Position numbers and translations under genes: made by a program. Positions 57,193 to 64,000 of a stretch of 64,000 nt of DNA are shown piece after piece; the stretch's first letter is position 1; every line of letters starts with the position of its first letter. The notes under the pieces were generated by a model. It made no database searches, was not told the DNA's origin, and was given only the letters and a program-made list of their open reading frames with translations. The stretch is from Escherichia coli (GTDB lineage Bacteria > Pseudomonadota > Gammaproteobacteria > Enterobacterales > Enterobacteriaceae), in NCBI RefSeq assembly GCF_003018235.1, contig NZ_CP027437.1; one strand, given 5' to 3'.

Positions 57193-57213
57193 TGTCGAAA
57201 TGACACGTCGACA
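57193..57213. promoter_or_regulatory. Inverted repeat between the divergent sigma54 promoters (candidate FhlA upstream activating site)
   Basis: tgtcga aatgacacg tcgaca inverted repeat. Confidence 0.45.
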
Positions 57214-57270
57214 CGGCGACGAAATTCATCTTTAGCTTAAAAATCGCTTTAATAACAATGAATTAAAAGT

Positions 57271-57286
57271 TGGCACAGAAAATGCT
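57271..57286 (+). promoter_or_regulatory. Sigma54 (-24/-12) promoter for the hyc operon
   Basis: tGGcacagaaaatGCt (GG-N10-GC), about 37 bp upstream of hycA. Confidence 0.7.
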
Positions 57287-57322
57287 TAAAGCTGGCATCT
57301 CTGTTAAACGGGTAACCTGACA

Positions 57323-57784
57323 ATGACTATTTGGGAAATAAGCGAGAAAGCCGATTACATCGCACAGCGGCATCGTCGCCTACAGGACCAGTGGCACATC
57401 TACTGCAATTCGCTGGTTCAGGGGATCACGTTATCGAAAGCGCGCCTGCATCACGCCATGAGCTGCGCGCCGGACAAAGAACTCTGTTTCGTCCTTTTTG
57501 AACATTTTCGTATTTACGTCACCCTGGCGGATGGCTTTAACAGCCACACCATCGAGTATTACGTCGAAACAAAAGATGGTGAAGACAAACAGCGGATTGC
57601 GCAGGCGCAACTGAGCATTGACGGCATGATTGATGGCAAGGTCAACATCCGCGATCGCGAACAGGTTCTGGAACACTATCTCGAAAAAATCGCTGGCGTT
57701 TACGACAGCTTATACACCGCCATTGAAAACAATGTGCCGGTGAATTTAAGCCAACTGGTAAAGGGACAAAGCCCGGCAGCATGA
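57323..57784 (+). CDS. hycA: Formate hydrogenlyase regulatory protein HycA
   Basis: 153-aa ORF; first gene of hyc operon by synteny. Confidence 0.9.
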   Translation: MTIWEISEKADYIAQRHRRLQDQWHIYCNSLVQGITLSKARLHHAMSCAPDKELCFVLFEHFRIYVTLADGFNSHTIEYYVETKDGEDKQRIAQAQLSIDGMIDGKVNIRDREQVLEHYLEKIAGVYDSLYTAIENNVPVNLSQLVKGQSPAA

Positions 57785-57908
57785 GCTGAGGCTTTGCCCG
57801 TTTTGCAGGCGTTACGCCTGTTTGGGGATGGGCGTGTCGATGAGTGTCGAAAATGACATTTCATCGGCATGTTTTCGTCAAAAATGACAATCACCTGAGG
57901 AATGCCTG

Positions 57909-58520
57909 GTGAATCGTTTTGTAATTGCTGACTCCACGCTCTGTATCGGCTGCCACACCTGTGAGGCCGCCTGTTCAGAGACGCATCGCCAGCACGGCCT
58001 GCAATCAATGCCGCGCCTGCGAGTGATGCTCAATGAAAAAGAATCTGCGCCGCAGCTCTGTCACCACTGTGAAGATGCGCCCTGTGCGGTGGTTTGCCCG
58101 GTTAACGCCATCACCCGCGTTGATGGGGCCGTGCAGTTGAATGAAAGTCTGTGCGTAAGCTGCAAACTGTGCGGCATCGCCTGCCCGTTTGGCGCAATTG
58201 AATTTTCCGGCAGCCGTCCGCTGGATATTCCTGCAAATGCCAATACCCCGAAAGCGCCACCGGCACCGCCTGCTCCGGCGCGTGTCAGCACATTGCTTGA
58301 CTGGGTGCCAGGTATTCGCGCGATCGCCGTCAAATGTGACCTTTGTAGTTTTGATGAACAAGGTCCGGCCTGCGTGCGGATGTGCCCGACTAAAGCCCTG
58401 CATCTGGTGGATAACACCGATATCGCCCGCGTCAGCAAACGTAAGCGTGAGCTGACCTTTAACACGGACTTTGGCGATCTCATCTTGTTTCAGCAGGCTC
58501 AAAGTGGAGAGGCTAAATGA
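57909..58520 (+). CDS. hycB: Formate hydrogenlyase 4Fe-4S ferredoxin subunit
   Basis: 203-aa ORF with multiple CxxCxxCxxxCP motifs. Confidence 0.95.
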   Translation: MNRFVIADSTLCIGCHTCEAACSETHRQHGLQSMPRLRVMLNEKESAPQLCHHCEDAPCAVVCPVNAITRVDGAVQLNESLCVSCKLCGIACPFGAIEFSGSRPLDIPANANTPKAPPAPPAPARVSTLLDWVPGIRAIAVKCDLCSFDEQGPACVRMCPTKALHLVDNTDIARVSKRKRELTFNTDFGDLILFQQAQSGEAK

Positions 58521-60343
58521 GCGCAATTTCCCTGATCAATAGCGGCGTGGCGTGGTTTGTCGCCGCCGCTGTTCTGGCATTTCTCTTTTCTTTTCAAAAG
58601 GCGCTAAGCGGCTGGATAGCCGGAATTGGCGGCGCGGTGGGTAGTCTGTATACGGCAGCCGCGGGCTTCACTGTACTGACTGACGCGGTTGGCGTGAGCG
58701 GTGCGCTGTCGCTGGTAAGCTACGATGTGCAAATCTCTCCGCTTAACGCGATTTGGCTGATTACGCTCGGTCTGTGCGGTCTGTTTGTCAGCCTCTACAA
58801 CATTGACTGGCATCGCCACGCGCAGGTGAAGTGCAACGGCTTGCAGATCAATATGTTGATGGCTGCCGCCGTCTGCGCCGTCATCGCCAGCAACCTCGGC
58901 ATGTTCGTGGTAATGGCTGAAGTCATGGCCTTGTGTGCGGTGTTCCTTACCAGCAACAGCAAAGAGGGCAAACTGTGGTTTGCGCTGGGGCGTCTTGGCA
59001 CTCTGCTGCTGGTGATTGCTTGCTGGCTGCTGTGGCAGCGTTACGGCACGCTGGATCTGCGCCTGCTGGATATGCGTATGCAACAGCTGCCGCTCGGTTC
59101 CGATATCTGGCTGCTCGGTGTGATTGGCTTTGGCCTGCTGGCCGGGATTATTCCGCTGCACGGCTGGGTGCCGCAGGCACATGCTAACGCCTCTGCGCCA
59201 GCTGCCGCGTTGTTTTCTACGGTGGTGATGAAAATCGGCCTGCTGGGCATTTTAACCCTGTCGCTGCTGGGCGGTAACGCACCGCTGTGGTGGGGGATCG
59301 CGCTGCTGGTGCTCGGCATGATCACCGCGTTCGTCGGCGGTCTGTATGCGTTGATGGAACATAATATCCAACGTTTGCTGGCTTACCACACCCTGGAGAA
59401 TATCGGCATTATCCTGCTGGGGCTGGGCGCTGGCGTAACGGGTATCGCGCTCGAACAACCGGCGCTGATTGCCCTTGGTCTGGTCGGTGGTCTGTACCAT
59501 CTGCTTAACCATAGCCTGTTCAAAAGCGTACTGTTCCTCGGGGCGGGGAGCGTCTGGTTCCGTACCGGGCATCGCGATATCGAAAAACTCGGTGGTATTG
59601 GCAAGAAAATGCCGGTTATCTCCATCGCCATGTTAGTCGGGCTGATGGCAATGGCTGCGCTGCCGCCGCTGAACGGGTTTGCCGGGGAATGGGTTATCTA
59701 TCAATCCTTCTTCAAACTGAGCAATAGTGGCGCGTTTGTTGCCCGTCTGCTGGGGCCGCTGCTCGCTGTGGGGCTGGCAATTACCGGTGCGCTGGCAGTG
59801 ATGTGTATGGCGAAAGTCTATGGCGTCACGTTCCTCGGCGCGCCGCGTACCAAAGAAGCCGAAAACGCCACCTGTGCGCCGCTCCTGATGAGCGTAAGCG
59901 TAGTGGCACTGGCGATTTGCTGCGTAATTGGCGGTGTTGCTGCGCCGTGGCTGCTGCCGATGCTCTCTGCTGCTGTACCTCTGCCGCTGGAGCCTGCTAA
60001 CACCACCGTTTCTCAACCCATGATCACATTGCTGCTGATTGCCTGCCCGCTGCTGCCATTCATCATTATGGCTATTTGCAAAGGCGATCGCTTGCCGTCG
60101 CGTTCCCGCGGCGCGGCCTGGGTGTGCGGCTACGACCATGAAAAATCAATGGTGATTACTGCTCACGGTTTTGCCATGCCGGTGAAACAGGCGTTTGCGC
60201 CGGTGCTGAAACTGCGCAAATGGCTGAATCCGGTGTCGCTGGTACCGGGCTGGCAGTGCGAGGGGAGTGCGTTGCTGTTCCGCCGGATGGCGCTGGTTGA
60301 ACTGGCGGTGCTGGTGGTGATTATTGTTTCACGAGGAGCCTGA
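58517..60343 (+). CDS. hycC: Formate hydrogenlyase membrane subunit 3 (NuoL/Mrp antiporter-like)
   Basis: 608-aa polytopic membrane ORF. Confidence 0.95.
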   Translation: MSAISLINSGVAWFVAAAVLAFLFSFQKALSGWIAGIGGAVGSLYTAAAGFTVLTDAVGVSGALSLVSYDVQISPLNAIWLITLGLCGLFVSLYNIDWHRHAQVKCNGLQINMLMAAAVCAVIASNLGMFVVMAEVMALCAVFLTSNSKEGKLWFALGRLGTLLLVIACWLLWQRYGTLDLRLLDMRMQQLPLGSDIWLLGVIGFGLLAGIIPLHGWVPQAHANASAPAAALFSTVVMKIGLLGILTLSLLGGNAPLWWGIALLVLGMITAFVGGLYALMEHNIQRLLAYHTLENIGIILLGLGAGVTGIALEQPALIALGLVGGLYHLLNHSLFKSVLFLGAGSVWFRTGHRDIEKLGGIGKKMPVISIAMLVGLMAMAALPPLNGFAGEWVIYQSFFKLSNSGAFVARLLGPLLAVGLAITGALAVMCMAKVYGVTFLGAPRTKEAENATCAPLLMSVSVVALAICCVIGGVAAPWLLPMLSAAVPLPLEPANTTVSQPMITLLLIACPLLPFIIMAICKGDRLPSRSRGAAWVCGYDHEKSMVITAHGFAMPVKQAFAPVLKLRKWLNPVSLVPGWQCEGSALLFRRMALVELAVLVVIIVSRGA

Positions 60344-60345
60344 GA

Positions 60346-61269
60346 ATGAGTGTTTTATATCCGTTAATTCAGGCGCTGGTGTTATTTGCCGTTGCGCCGC
60401 TGCTCTCCGGTATAACCCGCGTGGCGCGCGCCCGCTTGCATAACCGTCGCGGGCCGGGCGTGTTGCAGGAGTATCGCGACATTATCAAACTACTGGGTCG
60501 CCAGAGCGTTGGCCCGGATGCCTCCGGCTGGGTGTTCCGCCTGACGCCGTATGTGATGGTGGGCGTCATGCTGACTATCGCTACTGCGCTGCCGGTGGTG
60601 ACCGTTGGTTCTCCGCTGCCGCAGCTGGGCGATTTGATCACTTTACTGTATCTCTTTGCCATCGCGCGTTTCTTCTTTGCCATTTCCGGTCTGGATACCG
60701 GTAGCCCGTTTACCGCTATCGGCGCGAGCCGTGAAGCGATGCTTGGCGTGCTGGTCGAACCGATGCTGCTGCTTGGTCTGTGGGTTGCCGCACAGGTTGC
60801 CGGTTCCACCAACATCAGCAACATCACCGACACCGTTTATCACTGGCCGCTGAGCCAGAGCATTCCGCTGGTGCTGGCGCTTTGTGCCTGTGCGTTCGCC
60901 ACTTTTATCGAAATGGGCAAACTGCCGTTCGACCTGGCGGAAGCCGAGCAGGAGTTGCAGGAAGGTCCGCTCTCTGAGTATAGCGGCAGCGGCTTTGGCG
61001 TCATGAAATGGGGCATCAGCCTGAAACAGCTGGTGGTGTTGCAGATGTTCGTCGGGGTGTTTATTCCGTGGGGACAAATGGAAACCTTCACCGTCGGTGG
61101 GCTGCTGCTGGCGCTGGTGATTGCCATCGTCAAACTGGTGGTCGGCGTCCTGGTTATCGCGCTGTTCGAAAACAGCATGGCCCGTCTGCGTCTTGATATT
61201 ACTCCGCGCATTACCTGGGCTGGGTTTGGCTTTGCATTTTTAGCGTTCGTCTCCTTGCTGGCGGCGTGA
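60346..61269 (+). CDS. hycD: Formate hydrogenlyase membrane subunit 4 (NuoH-like)
   Basis: 307-aa membrane ORF. Confidence 0.95.
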   Translation: MSVLYPLIQALVLFAVAPLLSGITRVARARLHNRRGPGVLQEYRDIIKLLGRQSVGPDASGWVFRLTPYVMVGVMLTIATALPVVTVGSPLPQLGDLITLLYLFAIARFFFAISGLDTGSPFTAIGASREAMLGVLVEPMLLLGLWVAAQVAGSTNISNITDTVYHWPLSQSIPLVLALCACAFATFIEMGKLPFDLAEAEQELQEGPLSEYSGSGFGVMKWGISLKQLVVLQMFVGVFIPWGQMETFTVGGLLLALVIAIVKLVVGVLVIALFENSMARLRLDITPRITWAGFGFAFLAFVSLLAA

Positions 61270-61286
61270 TTAAAGAGAGTTTGAGC

Positions 61287-62996
61287 ATGTCTGAAGAAAA
61301 ATTAGGTCAACATTATCTCGCCGCGCTGAATGAGGCATTTCCGGGCGTCGTGCTGGACCACGCCTGGCAGACCAAAGATCAGCTGACTGTCACCGTAAAG
61401 GTGAACTATCTGCCGGAAGTAGTGGAGTTTCTCTATTACAAGCAGGGTGGCTGGCTGTCGGTGCTGTTTGGTAACGACGAACGCAAACTGAATGGTCATT
61501 ACGCCGTTTATTACGTGCTGTCAATGGAGAAGGGGACTAAGTGCTGGGTAACGGTGCGCGTCGAAGTTGACGCCAACAAACCGGAATATCCGTCCGTAAC
61601 GCCGCGCGTTCCGGCGGCGGTATGGGGCGAGCGTGAAGTGCGCGATATGTACGGTTTGATTCCGGTAGGGCTGCCGGATGAACGTCGTCTGGTGCTGCCG
61701 GATGACTGGCCGGATGAACTTTATCCGCTGCGTAAAGACAGCATGGATTATCGTCAACGTCCGGCACCGACTACCGATGCTGAAACCTACGAGTTCATCA
61801 ACGAACTGGGCGACAAGAAAAACAACGTCGTGCCGATTGGTCCGCTGCACGTCACTTCCGACGAACCGGGTCACTTCCGTCTGTTCGTCGATGGCGAAAA
61901 CATTATCGACGCCGACTACCGCCTGTTCTATGTCCATCGCGGCATGGAAAAACTGGCGGAAACCCGCATGGGTTACAACGAAGTGACCTTCCTCTCTGAC
62001 CGTGTGTGCGGGATCTGCGGCTTTGCTCACAGCACCGCCTACACCACGTCGGTGGAAAACGCGATGGGTATTCAGGTGCCAGAACGTGCGCAGATGATCC
62101 GCGCCATTCTGCTGGAGGTGGAACGCCTGCACTCGCATCTGCTCAACCTCGGCCTCGCCTGCCACTTTACCGGCTTTGACTCCGGCTTTATGCAGTTCTT
62201 CCGCGTGCGTGAAACCTCCATGAAAATGGCAGAGATCCTTACCGGTGCGCGTAAAACCTACGGCCTGAACCTGATCGGCGGGATTCGTCGCGATCTGCTG
62301 AAAGATGACATGATCCAGACCCGCCAGCTGGCGCAACAGATGCGTCGTGAAGTGCAGGAGCTGGTGGATGTGCTGCTGAGCACACCGAACATGGAACAAC
62401 GCACCGTCGGTATTGGTCGTCTGGACCCGGAAATCGCTCGCGACTTCAGTAACGTTGGCCCGATGGTCCGTGCCAGCGGTCACGCCCGTGATACCCGTGC
62501 CGATCACCCGTTTGTTGGTTATGGCCTGCTGCCAATGGAAGTCCACAGCGAGCAGGGCTGCGACGTTATTTCCCGTCTGAAAGTGCGTATCAACGAGGTC
62601 TATACCGCGCTGAACATGATCGACTACGGTCTGGATAACTTGCCGGGCGGCCCGCTGATGGTGGAAGGCTTTACCTACATTCCGCACCGTTTCGCGCTGG
62701 GCTTTGCCGAAGCGCCGCGCGGCGACGATATCCACTGGAGCATGACCGGCGACAACCAGAAGCTGTACCGCTGGCGCTGCCGTGCGGCGACCTACGCGAA
62801 CTGGCCGACCCTGCGCTACATGCTGCGCGGCAACACCGTTTCCGATGCGCCGCTGATTATCGGTAGCCTGGACCCTTGCTACTCCTGTACCGACCGCATG
62901 ACGGTGGTCGATGTACGTAAGAAGAAGAGCAAAGTGGTGCCGTACAAAGAACTCGAGCGCTACAGCATTGAGCGTAAAAACTCGCCGCTGAAATAA
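61287..62996 (+). CDS. hycE: Hydrogenase 3 [NiFe] large subunit
   Basis: ORF 61266-62996; start set at MSEEKLGQHYL (569 aa); RxCGxCxxxH and DPCxSC nickel-binding motifs. Confidence 0.95.
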   Translation: MSEEKLGQHYLAALNEAFPGVVLDHAWQTKDQLTVTVKVNYLPEVVEFLYYKQGGWLSVLFGNDERKLNGHYAVYYVLSMEKGTKCWVTVRVEVDANKPEYPSVTPRVPAAVWGEREVRDMYGLIPVGLPDERRLVLPDDWPDELYPLRKDSMDYRQRPAPTTDAETYEFINELGDKKNNVVPIGPLHVTSDEPGHFRLFVDGENIIDADYRLFYVHRGMEKLAETRMGYNEVTFLSDRVCGICGFAHSTAYTTSVENAMGIQVPERAQMIRAILLEVERLHSHLLNLGLACHFTGFDSGFMQFFRVRETSMKMAEILTGARKTYGLNLIGGIRRDLLKDDMIQTRQLAQQMRREVQELVDVLLSTPNMEQRTVGIGRLDPEIARDFSNVGPMVRASGHARDTRADHPFVGYGLLPMEVHSEQGCDVISRLKVRINEVYTALNMIDYGLDNLPGGPLMVEGFTYIPHRFALGFAEAPRGDDIHWSMTGDNQKLYRWRCRAATYANWPTLRYMLRGNTVSDAPLIIGSLDPCYSCTDRMTVVDVRKKKSKVVPYKELERYSIERKNSPLK

Positions 62997-63005
62997 GGAA
63001 TCGCC

Positions 63006-63548
63006 ATGTTTACCTTTATCAAAAAAGTTATCAAAACCGGCACGGCGACCTCGTCTTATCCGCTGGAGCCGATTGCGGTTGATAAAAACTTCCGTGGTAA
63101 GCCAGAGCAGAACCCGCAGCAGTGCATCGGCTGCGCGGCCTGCGTCAATGCCTGCCCGTCAAACGCCTTAACGGTTGAAACTGACATCGCCACAGGAGAG
63201 CTGGCCTGGGAGTTTAATCTCGGGCGCTGCATCTTCTGTGGACGCTGCGAAGAAGTTTGCCCGACGGCGGCGATCAAACTGTCGCAAGAGTACGAACTGG
63301 CGGTGTGGAAGAAAGAAGACTTCCTGCAACAGTCCCGCTTCGCGCTGTGCAACTGCCGCGTCTGCAATCGTCCTTTCGCCGTCCAGAAAGAGATCGACTA
63401 CGCCATTGCGCTGCTTAAGCACAATGGTGACAGCCGCGCGGAAAACCACCGCGAAAGCTTTGAGACTTGCCCGGAATGTAAGCGCCAGAAATGCCTGGTG
63501 CCGTCCGACCGTATTGAACTGACTCGCCATATGAAAGAGGCCATCTGA
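63006..63548 (+). CDS. hycF: Formate hydrogenlyase iron-sulfur subunit
   Basis: 180-aa ORF with two 4Fe-4S motifs (CIGCAAC..CP, CIFCGRC..CP). Confidence 0.95.
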   Translation: MFTFIKKVIKTGTATSSYPLEPIAVDKNFRGKPEQNPQQCIGCAACVNACPSNALTVETDIATGELAWEFNLGRCIFCGRCEEVCPTAAIKLSQEYELAVWKKEDFLQQSRFALCNCRVCNRPFAVQKEIDYAIALLKHNGDSRAENHRESFETCPECKRQKCLVPSDRIELTRHMKEAI

Positions 63549-64000
63549 TGAGCAATTTATTAGGCCCCCGTGACGCCAACGGCATTCCGGTCCCGATGAC
63601 GGTGGATGAATCCATCGCCAGCATGAAGGCGTCGTTACTGAAAAAAATCAAACGTTCTGCCTACGTTTACCGCGTGGACTGCGGCGGCTGCAACGGCTGC
63701 GAAATCGAAATTTTCGCCACGCTTTCGCCGCTGTTTGATGCAGAACGCTTCGGCATTAAAGTCGTTCCTTCACCGCGTCATGCGGATATTTTACTGTTTA
63801 CCGGCGCGGTCACCCGTGCAATGCGATCCCCTGCGCTGCGTGCGTGGCAGTCCGCGCCGGACCCGAAAATCTGTATCTCCTACGGTGCCTGCGGTAACAG
63901 TGGCGGGATCTTCCACGATCTCTACTGCGTGTGGGGCGGTACGGATAAAATCGTCCCGGTAGATGTCTACATCCCTGGCTGCCCACCAACGCCTGCCGCT
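63548..64000 (+). CDS. hycG: Hydrogenase 3 small subunit, 5' part (runs off window end)
   Basis: ATG at 63548 overlaps hycF stop (ATGA); translation [17 protein letters not shown]... with [10 protein letters not shown]; no stop before window end. Confidence 0.9.
   Translation, partial: MSNLLGPRDANGIPVPMTVDESIASMKASLLKKIKRSAYVYRVDCGGCNGCEIEIFATLSPLFDAERFGIKVVPSPRHADILLFTGAVTRAMRSPALRAWQSAPDPKICISYGACGNSGGIFHDLYCVWGGTDKIVPVDVYIPGCPPTPAA

Noticed and set aside
61521-62735. 404-aa ORF antisense to hycE
   Set aside because: Embedded opposite the hydrogenase large-subunit gene, which has clear nickel-binding motifs; antisense frame has no features

Overview
The window reads as a contiguous stretch of an Escherichia coli-type chromosome (rlmD-relA-mazEFG-pyrG-eno ... 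cysJIH-iap-cysDNC ... rpoS ... mutS ... fhlA-hyp/hyc), in the opposite orientation to the K-12 reference map. All calls rest on reading the supplied six-frame translations and the raw sequence, and on recalled protein families and K-12 gene order; no database search was run. Most of the window is conserved core genome, and I found no clearly undescribed multi-gene system. The features most worth a second look are: (1) an intact Hok/Gef-type toxin ORF with an overlapping mok-like frame in the ~545-bp cysH-iap interval, where K-12 carries the whole type I-E cas operon and a CRISPR array (no cas gene is present anywhere in this window); (2) a short type I-E-repeat CRISPR array with 4 spacers between queE and ygcE, orphan with respect to this window; (3) ygcE split by an apparent 1-bp deletion; (4) a MarR-regulator plus UbiX/UbiD-like decarboxylase island between rpoS and ygbN; (5) a free-standing di-Mop (molbindin) gene between ygbA and fhlA; (6) an attenuator-like leader with a perfect CRP consensus upstream of ygcW. 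Start codons were adjusted from the ORF track where an internal start fits the expected protein N-terminus.
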